From Vulcanimicrobiota bacterium (GTDB lineage: Bacteria > Vulcanimicrobiota > Vulcanimicrobiia > Vulcanimicrobiales > Vulcanimicrobiaceae), in assembly GCA_963695225.1 (NCBI GenBank), contig OY968762.1, positions 2,336,001 through 2,400,000 on the forward strand: a DNA stretch of 64,000 bases, read 5' to 3'. Below the pieces are notes generated by a model. That model saw nothing but the letters and a program-made list of their open reading frames with translations, made no database searches and had not been told where the DNA came from. Positions 1 through 8,279 of this stretch are shown piece after piece (position 1 is the first letter of the stretch; each line of letters opens with the position of its first letter). The position numbers and the translations under genes are program-made.

Positions 1-3000
1 CCGACGCGGCTTCGCTTCTCCCCCTCGCCGACGCGCGGACGGTCCTGCTCGGCGCGCAGACGGCGAGCACGCTGACGAACGGTACCGGCGAGATCAAGTT
101 CACCGACGTTCCGGTCGGCGTTTATCGCGTGCGCGTCCAACTCCGCGGGTACGACGGTGCGAACACGCGCGAGTTCGACGTTCTACCGGACCGCGCGGTC
201 CACGTGAAGATCGCGCTCTCGAAGAACGCGGGCCCGGCCTCCGGGAACGCTGCGGGGGCGCCCGGACCGGGCAACCTCCAAGTGATCGGCAGCGTCGTCG
301 TGCGCTCGAAGGTCTCGATCACGACGACCGATATCAACGCCGACAGCCCCATCCGCCGCCTCTCCGATTCGTTGACCGACGCGCTCGACAAGCTGGGCGG
401 GGTTTCGGTGACGACCGATACGACCGATCCTTCGAGCCCGGTGCAGATCTCGCTGCACAATCAGGACGAATCCCAGACCGCGCTCACGCTCGACGGCATC
501 CCCCTCTCGGCCCCGGGCGCGGCCGGCAACCTGCGCGGTATCGGAAGCGATCTGTTCGCGGGATCGTCGGTCAACTTTTCGCCCGCGGCCGGCGGATTGG
601 CGGGGGGCGTGAATTTCAACACGCTCCAACCCACGCAGGCGCTGCAGGTTCGCGTGAACGGAACGACCGGAACCTTCGATCGTTCGAATTATCAGCTCGC
701 CACGACCGGTTCCGTGCGGAACCTCGGCTTCGTCTTGGAGCACGCCTGGCGCGGTTCGAACAGCCCGCTGACGTTTCGCGATTACGAAGACCAGAGCGGC
801 CTCACGTACGTGCACGGCGGCGAATCGACGTCGCTGAGCGATTTGGTGAAGCTGCGCTACTCGCTCGGCGACCAACGGACGAGCATCTCCGCCACGGCGC
901 TCTCGACGAATCGCAACTCCTCGCCGATCTGCGCGCAGGACGTGACGATCCTGCCGTGCGGGATCGGGCCCGATAATCGAAACTACGGCAGGTACGGCCT
1001 CGCGTTCGCGAGCGTGCAAACCCTGATCGGCAACGTGCAGACGAACTTTTCCGCCTACGCGAACTCCGGGCATCAGACGAGCGACGACCTCAACCGGTAC
1101 GTCCTCGCGTTCGATCCGCTCTCCGGCTCCGATCCCACGGACCCGTCCGCTTACGCGCCCACGCTCGATCCTTCGTTCGCGTTCACGAGCACGCTCGCGC
1201 GTGGAATCGCCTATAGCACGTCGATCGCGCAAGGCAACCATACGCTGACGCTCTCCGGAAACACGTATTCGGCGACGAATGCGTCCACGCCGGTCGTAGG
1301 GTCACAATATGTGACGGCGTTCTCGAACTCGGCGGCCTCGAGCCGGTATCAGTTTGCCGACGCGATCAAATCGAGCGACAAGCTGACGCTCACGCCGAGC
1401 GTCTCGTTCGCCGATACGAGCGGGCTCGGCGGATCGTTCCTGGCCGGAATCAACGCCCAGTGGACGCCGAAGCTGCGCGACGCGTTTTCGTTCTCGGCGA
1501 ACGTCGGCAGTTCGCAGCCGAATCTGAACGCCGTCCGTTCGTTCTCCGATCCCGTCGCGGCGCGCTTCAATTGCGGCGCGCAGACTGCCGTGATATCGGG
1601 CCCGGGGGATACCGGGGACGGAGCGCGGCAATCGGCCACCGCCTTCAACGCGGCCTGGACGCACCGTTTCAACGGCGGCGCGACGCTCTCGCTCAACGCG
1701 TTCTCCCAACTGCAATCGGGGCAATTGATCGGCGCGCTCATCGCGGAGCCGGCCTCGTACTACACCGCTGCGGGACCGGGCTATCTCGACGCGCTCTACG
1801 CCGCGTATCGCTCCCCGACCGTGTGCGGCGTCAGCGCGGCCCTCCCCACCGTGTACGTCCAGGAACAAGTCGGCGACACGCGCCGCCTCTACCAAGGTTT
1901 CGATCTGAGCGGCCGCTTCGAGGTCGCGCCGTACATCGCGCTGATCCCGTCCTATTCGGTCAACTCCGCGGTGCTCGAAGCTGCCGGACCGCGCCTGCAA
2001 GACGGTCCGTCGACGACGATCGTCGGCGCGCAGTTACCGAACCGTCCGGTGCACCGCGGAAATCTCGCCGTCGACGCGCTCTTGCCGCGCGCCGGTCTCG
2101 AACTGCTGGCCAACGCGCAATACGTCGGCGCGAACAATCAGCAGAATCTCGGATCCTACGTCAACCTCAGCCTGGGCGCGTCGCACAAACTCGGCCCCGG
2201 CCAACTCACGCTCTTCGAGAACAACGTCTTCAACACGTACGGCGGCGATTTCGCGACGAATGCGAACGCGCAACCGCTCCCGCTCTCGAACGGAGCGCTT
2301 TATCTCGCCGCCGCGCAGCCGCTGACGCCGCGCACGATCTACCTTTCGTACTCGGCCGCGATCGGGGGGCCGGCGCCCGGGCCCCCGTTCCGGCAGTTCA
2401 CACGCGCGCGCGTCGCGCAAGCGGCGCCGACGCCCGCACCCTCGGCCGAACCGGGGGCGGGAGGCGGGCCCCGTGGGCCGCAGCGCTTCACCTCGAATCC
2501 GCCGCCGCCCGGCGTCGACCCGCTCTCGCTCGCGACGGCTCGCACGACCTGCGATGCCGGTGCGCAATCCGCCGCGAAGCCGCTCTACGACGGCTTGCGG
2601 GCTTACGTCGCGGCGTACGAAGCCGGCGGGAAGCCGGCAGACGTTGCGGGCGTGACGATCGTGCCGCACAAGACGCCGGCGGGCAGCAGCGTCGCATACT
2701 TCCTCGAACTCCGGCCGAACTTTCCGCGGCCGCCGGGCCAGGCGGGGCAGGCCGCCCAGCCGGGTCAAACGCAAGGCGGAAGCGGTTCGCGCGCCCGGGG
2801 CGGGTTCGGAGGATTCGGCGGTTTCGGCGGACCGCCCGAGGGCCCGCCGGGGGCAGGCGGGCCGGGCGGGCCGCCGCCGGGCGCGGGTGCCCCCGGCGAG
2901 GGGCCGCCGGCCGGCGGCGACGTCGTCGCGGGTTCCTCTTCCTCGCGGCAGTTGACTCCGGAGCAGCAAGCCGCGCGCCGGAACTTCCTGAATTCGCCCG

Positions 3001-3191
3001 AGGTCAAGGCGTTTCGCGGCTTCGTCGGCTGCGCGTACGTGACGCTGATCCCGGCGGCCGACGCGAAGGCGAAGGGCATCGTCCTCGAAAGCGGGCGGCC
3101 CGGGCTGATCTATCTCCCGGGGACGGGCCTCGCGTTCGTGCAGGAACTGCAACTCCCGCAAGGCGGGGGAAGCCTCAAGGGCGGCTCGTAG
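1..3191 (+). CDS. TonB-dependent receptor-like protein, 5'-partial, with an N-terminal carboxypeptidase-regulatory-like domain and a long C-terminal extension
   Basis: Frame is open from the window start (…TASTLTNGTGEIKFTDVPVGVYRVRV…). Plug-like segment SLTDALDKLGGVSV…LDGIPL…AGGVNFNT, amphipathic beta-strand pattern, barrel-end motif NVFNTY…PRTIYLSY. Confidence 0.75.
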   Translation, partial: DAASLLPLADARTVLLGAQTASTLTNGTGEIKFTDVPVGVYRVRVQLRGYDGANTREFDVLPDRAVHVKIALSKNAGPASGNAAGAPGPGNLQVIGSVVVRSKVSITTTDINADSPIRRLSDSLTDALDKLGGVSVTTDTTDPSSPVQISLHNQDESQTALTLDGIPLSAPGAAGNLRGIGSDLFAGSSVNFSPAAGGLAGGVNFNTLQPTQALQVRVNGTTGTFDRSNYQLATTGSVRNLGFVLEHAWRGSNSPLTFRDYEDQSGLTYVHGGESTSLSDLVKLRYSLGDQRTSISATALSTNRNSSPICAQDVTILPCGIGPDNRNYGRYGLAFASVQTLIGNVQTNFSAYANSGHQTSDDLNRYVLAFDPLSGSDPTDPSAYAPTLDPSFAFTSTLARGIAYSTSIAQGNHTLTLSGNTYSATNASTPVVGSQYVTAFSNSAASSRYQFADAIKSSDKLTLTPSVSFADTSGLGGSFLAGINAQWTPKLRDAFSFSANVGSSQPNLNAVRSFSDPVAARFNCGAQTAVISGPGDTGDGARQSATAFNAAWTHRFNGGATLSLNAFSQLQSGQLIGALIAEPASYYTAAGPGYLDALYAAYRSPTVCGVSAALPTVYVQEQVGDTRRLYQGFDLSGRFEVAPYIALIPSYSVNSAVLEAAGPRLQDGPSTTIVGAQLPNRPVHRGNLAVDALLPRAGLELLANAQYVGANNQQNLGSYVNLSLGASHKLGPGQLTLFENNVFNTYGGDFATNANAQPLPLSNGALYLAAAQPLTPRTIYLSYSAAIGGPAPGPPFRQFTRARVAQAAPTPAPSAEPGAGGGPRGPQRFTSNPPPPGVDPLSLATARTTCDAGAQSAAKPLYDGLRAYVAAYEAGGKPADVAGVTIVPHKTPAGSSVAYFLELRPNFPRPPGQAGQAAQPGQTQGGSGSRARGGFGGFGGFGGPPEGPPGAGGPGGPPPGAGAPGEGPPAGGDVVAGSSSSRQLTPEQQAARRNFLNSPEVKAFRGFVGCAYVTLIPAADAKAKGIVLESGRPGLIYLPGTGLAFVQELQLPQGGGSLKGGS

Positions 3192-3195
3192 CGCG

Positions 3196-4203
3196 TCAGG
3201 CGCGCGTTGCGCGCTCGCTATCGAGGAAGCGGAGTTGCGCCTCCGGATACCGCCCGCCGGCCGCGCCCTCGGCGGGGACGGCAGCTTCTAGCCGGCGCGC
3301 GTCGCTCTCGCCCAAACGCACGCTTGCGGCCCCGAGCGCTTCCTGTAAGCGCTCCCGGGTCCGCGCGCCCACCAGGGGGACGATGTCGTCCCCGCGCGAT
3401 AGAACCCAGGCGATCGCGAGTTGCGCGACGGTGGCCTCCTTCTCGCCGGCGATCGCGCGCAAGCGGTCGACGAGCGCGAGATTGCGCTCGAGGTTCTCAC
3501 CGGAGAAGCGCGGCGCTTGCGCGCGGAAGCCTCGCTCCCCCTGCGAGCGCGCCTTGCTCCAGTGTCCGCTGATCAATCCCCGGCACAGCACGCCGTAGGC
3601 CGTGATGCCGATGCCGAGTTCGCGGCACGCCGGCAGGATCTCGCGTTCGATCCCGCGCGTCACGAGCGCGTATTCGATCTGGAGGTCGCAGATCGGATGC
3701 ACTGCCGCCGCGCGCCGAATCGTCTGCGCGCCGACCTCGCTGAGCCCGATGTGCCGGACGTATCCGGCTTCGACCATCTGGGCGATGGCGCCGATCGTCT
3801 CTTCGATCGGCGTCGCCGGGTCCAGGCGGGAGGGCCGGTAGATATCGATGTAGTCGACGCCGAGCCGGCGCAACGTGTACGAGAGCGCCGTCTTCACCGC
3901 GGCGGGGCGCGCGTCGTACCCGATCCAGGCGCCGGCCGGATCGCGCTGCGCGCCGAACTTCACGCTGAGCACGACGTTCTCGCGCTTGCGAACGCGCAGC
4001 GCTTCGCCGATCAGCATCTCGTTGTGGCCCATGCCGTAGAAATCGCCCGTGTCGACGAGCGTGATTCCGGCGTCGAGCGCGGCGTGGAACGTCGCGATGC
4101 TTTCGGCCCGGTCGGCGGTTCCGTAGAAATCGGACATGCCCATCGCGCCGAGCCCGAGTTCGGAGACGACGGGTCCGCCGGCGCCGAGTTTGCGGGTCTT
4201 CAT
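3196..4203 (-). CDS. Aldo/keto reductase
   Basis: Motifs LGLGAMGMS, DTGDFYG, KFG, IGLSEV, LQIEY. Start chosen at MKTRKLG. Confidence 0.93.
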   Translation of the reverse strand: MKTRKLGAGGPVVSELGLGAMGMSDFYGTADRAESIATFHAALDAGITLVDTGDFYGMGHNEMLIGEALRVRKRENVVLSVKFGAQRDPAGAWIGYDARPAAVKTALSYTLRRLGVDYIDIYRPSRLDPATPIEETIGAIAQMVEAGYVRHIGLSEVGAQTIRRAAAVHPICDLQIEYALVTRGIEREILPACRELGIGITAYGVLCRGLISGHWSKARSQGERGFRAQAPRFSGENLERNLALVDRLRAIAGEKEATVAQLAIAWVLSRGDDIVPLVGARTRERLQEALGAASVRLGESDARRLEAAVPAEGAAGGRYPEAQLRFLDSERATRA

Positions 4204-4406
4204 CGGATGCCGTTCTCCATATCGCATGCGGTGCTTGGAGCGCGTTCCGCGGGGAAGTGCGAGCTCCTCGTAGTGCTGTGCGCCGCGCATTCGCGAAAGC
4301 GCGCGCGAAGAAGAGGGCGGTCGTTCAGGCGAACGTTATAAGCTACGCCGCATCCCGCACGCATGGGGCAAGAGGCTCGGAACCGCGCTCCACGGAACGG
4401 GCCCGC

Positions 4407-5081
4407 ATGAAAGTCAAAGTCACGAAGAACGGCCCGTACCTCGTGTCGGGGAGCGTCCCGCTCCGCGTCGAGTCGATCGACGCCGACGCGCAGGGTGATT
4501 CGATCGCTTGGAAAGAGACGCGCACGTTCGAGGCGCGCGAGAAGTACGCGCTTTGCCGCTGCGGCGAATCGCAGACCAAGCCCTATTGCGACGGAACGCA
4601 TGCGAAGATCGGTTTCGACGGAACGGAAACGGCGTCGAAGGCTCCCTTCGAAGCCCTAGCGGAACGGCTCGAAGGTCCGACGCTCGTGCTGCACGATGCA
4701 GAATCGCTCTGCGCGTTCGCGCGCTTCTGCGACGTTGCCGGTTCCGTCTGGAAGCTGGTCGGCGAGAGCGACGACCGGCAGTCGCGCATCCTCGCGATCC
4801 GCGAAGCGGAACGCTGCCCTTCGGGGCGGCTCGTGATGCACGACGCCCGCAGCGGAACGGCCTTCGAACCGGTACTCGAGAAATCGATCGGGCTGATCGA
4901 AGATCCGGTCAAGGAATGCAGCGGCCCCATCTGGGTGCGCGGCGGAATCGAGGTCGTCGCCGAAGACGGCACCTCGTATCCCTCGCGCAACCGCCAGACG
5001 CTTTGCAGGTGCGGGCAATCGCAGAACAAGCCGTTTTGCGACGGAACGCACGCCGAATCCGGGTTCGCCGACGGACTGTAG
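4407..5081 (+). CDS. CDGSH iron-sulfur domain protein (two CDGSH domains flanking a divergent 4Fe-4S domain)
   Basis: Two LCRCGxSxxKPxCDGTH motifs with CAFARFC…CPSGRL between them. Start at MKVKVTKNGPY. Confidence 0.9.
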   Translation: MKVKVTKNGPYLVSGSVPLRVESIDADAQGDSIAWKETRTFEAREKYALCRCGESQTKPYCDGTHAKIGFDGTETASKAPFEALAERLEGPTLVLHDAESLCAFARFCDVAGSVWKLVGESDDRQSRILAIREAERCPSGRLVMHDARSGTAFEPVLEKSIGLIEDPVKECSGPIWVRGGIEVVAEDGTSYPSRNRQTLCRCGQSQNKPFCDGTHAESGFADGL

Positions 5082-5105
5082 CCTTCTCGGGTTGCCCCGC
5101 GAGCT

Positions 5106-5825
5106 TCAGGTGTGAATCAGTCGCGCTAGCGAAAATGCGACGATGCTCGCGAGCGCGCCGATCGCCATCGTCTGCAGGCCGCTGACGAGCAGCGGCGTCG
5201 ACGTCATCTTCGCCTTTCCGATTCCGAAGACGAACAGCGCGATCAGCGTGACTACGACGGAAATCCCGAGCGCTTGCATCGCGTCCTTTGCGAAGAAATA
5301 CGGGAGCAGCGGGATGATTCCGCCGATCACGTACGACGCGCCGATCGTCGCCGCGCTGAACGGCGCGCGCCTCACGTTGGGCTGCTCGAGCCCGAGTTCG
5401 TAGCGCATCATGAAGTTGACCCAGCGCTGGCGGTCCGACGCGATGTCATCGACGACTTCATGCAGATGCGGTCCGTACAACCCGATGCCGCTGAGGATGT
5501 CGCGAACCTCGGTTCGCTCTTCTTCCGGGGCGGTTTCGGTCTCGCGCAACTCGCGACTGTACGCGCTGCGGTAATGTTCCAATTCGGTTTGCGCCGCGAG
5601 ATAACCGCCGAGGCCCATTGCGATCGCGCCTGCGGCGATCTCCGCGACGCCCGCGGTGATGACGAGGCTCGAAGACCCGTGCGCTGCCGTGACGCCGGCC
5701 GCGAGCGCAAAAGGGACCGTCAAGCCGTCGGCCATTCCGAGCACGACGTCGCGTACGAACTCATTCGTTCCGGCGCGGTGCTGGGCCGGTGCGCTCGAGC
5801 GCCGCTCGATCGTATCGATCGTCAT
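5106..5825 (-). CDS. VIT1/CCC1 family iron/manganese transporter
   Basis: VRDVVLGMADGLTVPFAL, AGAIAMGLGGYL, FMMRYELGL. ATG at 5825 preferred over TTG at 5834. Confidence 0.92.
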   Translation of the reverse strand: MTIDTIERRSSAPAQHRAGTNEFVRDVVLGMADGLTVPFALAAGVTAAHGSSSLVITAGVAEIAAGAIAMGLGGYLAAQTELEHYRSAYSRELRETETAPEEERTEVRDILSGIGLYGPHLHEVVDDIASDRQRWVNFMMRYELGLEQPNVRRAPFSAATIGASYVIGGIIPLLPYFFAKDAMQALGISVVVTLIALFVFGIGKAKMTSTPLLVSGLQTMAIGALASIVAFSLARLIHT

Positions 5826-5833
5826 CGCATTCA

Positions 5834-5861
5834 ATCATACGGCGTGCGTGCGGAATTGCAA
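5834..5861 (-). promoter_or_regulatory. Sigma-70-like promoter of the VIT1 gene (near-leaderless)
   Basis: Minus strand TTGCAA-N16-TATGAT, 8 nt before the ATG. Confidence 0.55.
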
Positions 5862-6107
5862 TCTAGTGTATTCTACACCCGTGTAAATGAGGGATAGCGC
5901 GGCGCTGCGCGCGCTCGCGCAAGAGCTTCGCGCGATGCGTGAAATCGCGCGCTAGGTTGAACGAATGCGCGCGTTGCAATCGCGAAGCATTCGCGTGCGT
6001 CCAACCTCGGTGACGTAAGCGCGCTTGCAGCGCGGCGGCGCGCGGCGTGCTAGGGTTACCGTGCGGAACGGCACCGAACCGCTGCGCAACGAGTCTAAGG
6101 AGATGCG

Positions 6108-6782
6108 ATGAACGATGGGATCCTGCAGCTAGCTCGAGGAGCGACGAGGTTCATTCTCGCGTTTGCGTTAGTAGCCGGTGTTAGCCTGGCGGCGCAGGCT
6201 CCCCGCGCGAATGCCGGCGACGCCGCGAAGTCGCACGGGCGGGAGAGCGTCGTTCTCGCCGGCGGGTGTTTCTGGGGCATGGAAGCCGTCTTCGGAGCGC
6301 TCGCGGGCGTCGAAAGCGTGGTTCCCGGGTATTCCGGCGGGGATCGAGCATCGGCCCATTACGAGATCGTGAGCACCGGGGCGACGGGTCACGCGGAATC
6401 GGTCGAAATCGTCTACGACCCGGCGCGCATCTCGTTCCGCCGCCTCCTCGACGTCTTCTTCTTGGTCGCGCACGATCCGACGCAGCGCGACCGGCAAGGG
6501 CCGGACGTCGGCCGCCAGTATCGGTCGGCGATCTTCTATCGTACGGAGGAACAGCGCGCCGTCGCGACCGCATACGTGCGCGCCCTGGACGAAGGCAAGA
6601 CGCTCGCGGCGCCCGTGGCGACGAGCATCGAGCCGCTGCGCGCGTTCTACCCGGCGGAAGAGTACCACCGGCACTACGTCGCGCGCCATCCGGCCGATCC
6701 TTACGTCGCGTTCAACGACCTTCCGAAGCTCGCGCGTCTGCGCGAACGCTTCCCCGGACTCGTCGCGAACGCCCCGAACTAG
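6108..6782 (+). CDS. msrA: Peptide-methionine (S)-S-oxide reductase, probably exported
   Basis: GGCFWG, GHAESV, RQGPDVGRQYRS, FYPAEEYH. Hydrophobic N-terminal signal; SD AAGGAG. Confidence 0.95.
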   Translation: MNDGILQLARGATRFILAFALVAGVSLAAQAPRANAGDAAKSHGRESVVLAGGCFWGMEAVFGALAGVESVVPGYSGGDRASAHYEIVSTGATGHAESVEIVYDPARISFRRLLDVFFLVAHDPTQRDRQGPDVGRQYRSAIFYRTEEQRAVATAYVRALDEGKTLAAPVATSIEPLRAFYPAEEYHRHYVARHPADPYVAFNDLPKLARLRERFPGLVANAPN

Positions 6783-6798
6783 AGCGTTTCGAGGCGCG

Positions 6799-8076
6799 CT
6801 ACGCGGGCGTGGGCTGAGGTCCGGGGAACTTGTTTTCGTCGACCGGACTATCCGTGATGATCGGGATGATCAACGCGACGAACAGGACGAACGCGAGCGG
6901 GAGCAGGATCGCGGAATAGGTCCCGGTCATTTCCTTGACCGTCGAGGCGAACCACGGGCCGACGACGGCCGCCGCCCCCCAGGCCGTGAGGTTCAGACCG
7001 TAGTTCGCCGCGAGGTTCCGCAGGCCGAAGAAGTCCGCGTTGAAGGCCGGCATGACGCCGAACGCGCCGCCGTAGCACGAAAGAATCAACGAGAACATCC
7101 CGAGGACCGCGACCGTCGAGTGCACGTTGTCGATCAACATGAACGAGAACGCTTGCACCAGGAATAGGAGAACGAGGGTTCCCCGGCGCCCCGCGCGATC
7201 GGAGATCGCGCCCCAGAAGAAGCAGCCGAGGCCGTTGAAGACGGCCAGGATCGCGTACAGGCCTTCCACCGTCCCGGTCGAGAGCACGGTCATTTCGGAG
7301 ATGATCGGCACGACGTTCGAGATGACGGCGATTCCGGCGACGCAGTTGAGAAACAAGATCAGCCAGAGCAGATAGAACTGCGGGTTCGCGGCCGTCTGGG
7401 CGAGCGGCATTTCGCGCGGCATCACGTTCGCATCCGTGAATTCAGCCGGCGGCCGCTGCAAGAACGAGGCTGCGGACACGCCTACGGCTGCGAACGCGGC
7501 GCCCGAGAACATGAAGATGTGCATGAGATCGTGGACGAGCGGCGGGCTCATGAGGGGCGTGCGCGGGCCGAGGTAGGCAGTCGCCGCGAGTTGCACGGCG
7601 TGGAAGGCGGACCACTGCTGGAGAAGTTGGTCGTAGTAGACGGCACCCAAGCCGAAGCCCATCGCGACGAGCCCTCCGCCCATGCCGCGGCGCTGGGGGA
7701 ACCAAGAGATCGCAGCCGTCAGGGCCGCGATCGTGACCATCCCGGCACCGAAACCGCCGATGACGCCGTAAGAGAAATAGAAGTACGGAAGGCCGAATCG
7801 CTCCGTGCCGAGACCGGCGAGCACGTTGCCCGCCGCCCAGAGCAGCGTCCCGGTGACGGCGACGCGGCGCGAGTGGGAGCGGACGAGCCATAGCCCGCCG
7901 GCGACCGCGCCGAAGCCCAGGCAGAGATTCGCGATCGCGAAGCCCCAGGTCGTCGTGACGCTGTTCCACCCGAACGAAGCCGCGAGCGGTTGCGCGAGAA
8001 GGCTGTACGAGTACAGCGTCCCCGGCCCCAGCATCGTGAGGATCGCCGCAAGTGCAACGGGAAGGCGCTTGTTCAC
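6799..8076 (-). CDS. MFS transporter, OFA (oxalate:formate antiporter-like) family
   Basis: About 12 TM segments; WFPQRRGMGGGLVAMGFGLG, FFWGAISDRAGR, CYGGAFGVMPA…FFG. Confidence 0.88.
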   Translation of the reverse strand: MNKRLPVALAAILTMLGPGTLYSYSLLAQPLAASFGWNSVTTTWGFAIANLCLGFGAVAGGLWLVRSHSRRVAVTGTLLWAAGNVLAGLGTERFGLPYFYFSYGVIGGFGAGMVTIAALTAAISWFPQRRGMGGGLVAMGFGLGAVYYDQLLQQWSAFHAVQLAATAYLGPRTPLMSPPLVHDLMHIFMFSGAAFAAVGVSAASFLQRPPAEFTDANVMPREMPLAQTAANPQFYLLWLILFLNCVAGIAVISNVVPIISEMTVLSTGTVEGLYAILAVFNGLGCFFWGAISDRAGRRGTLVLLFLVQAFSFMLIDNVHSTVAVLGMFSLILSCYGGAFGVMPAFNADFFGLRNLAANYGLNLTAWGAAAVVGPWFASTVKEMTGTYSAILLPLAFVLFVALIIPIITDSPVDENKFPGPQPTPA

Positions 8077-8141
8077 GCGATGGCTCTCCGATGGTTCCGG
8101 AAATGGAGGCGCGGCCCCGGGTGCGGGACCTGCTTCTCGCT

Positions 8142-8169
8142 CTATCGGCTTCCGGCGCGGCCGAATTGA
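8142..8169 (-). promoter_or_regulatory. Sigma-28-like promoter upstream of the MFS gene
   Basis: Minus strand TCAA-N16-GCCGATAG versus the FliA/SigD consensus TAAA-N15/16-GCCGATAA. Confidence 0.55.
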
Positions 8170-8220
8170 GTCGCGTGACGGGCCGCACAGCGGGGCCCGG
8201 CGAGCCGGAAGGCGCGAACG

Positions 8221-8248
8221 TTAACGATCCGTCCGGGTCTGCCGATGG
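8221..8248 (+). promoter_or_regulatory. Sigma-28-like promoter upstream of the kinase operon
   Basis: TTAA-N16-GCCGATGG, about 30 nt before the ORF start. Confidence 0.5.
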
Positions 8249-8279
8249 ATGAAGTAGAAACGAGGTCGCCGGCTTCGCC

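Noticed and set aside
1460..3598. Long alternative-frame and antisense ORFs (e.g. 712 aa here, 26031-28320, 55305-57563, 21468-23408)
   Set aside because: Arg/Ala/Pro-rich shadows of real genes, expected at this GC content; no motifs.
5888..5956. 22-aa ORF MRDSAALRALAQELRAMREIAR
   Set aside because: No SD, no diagnostic codon bias, no linked terminator; cannot be supported.
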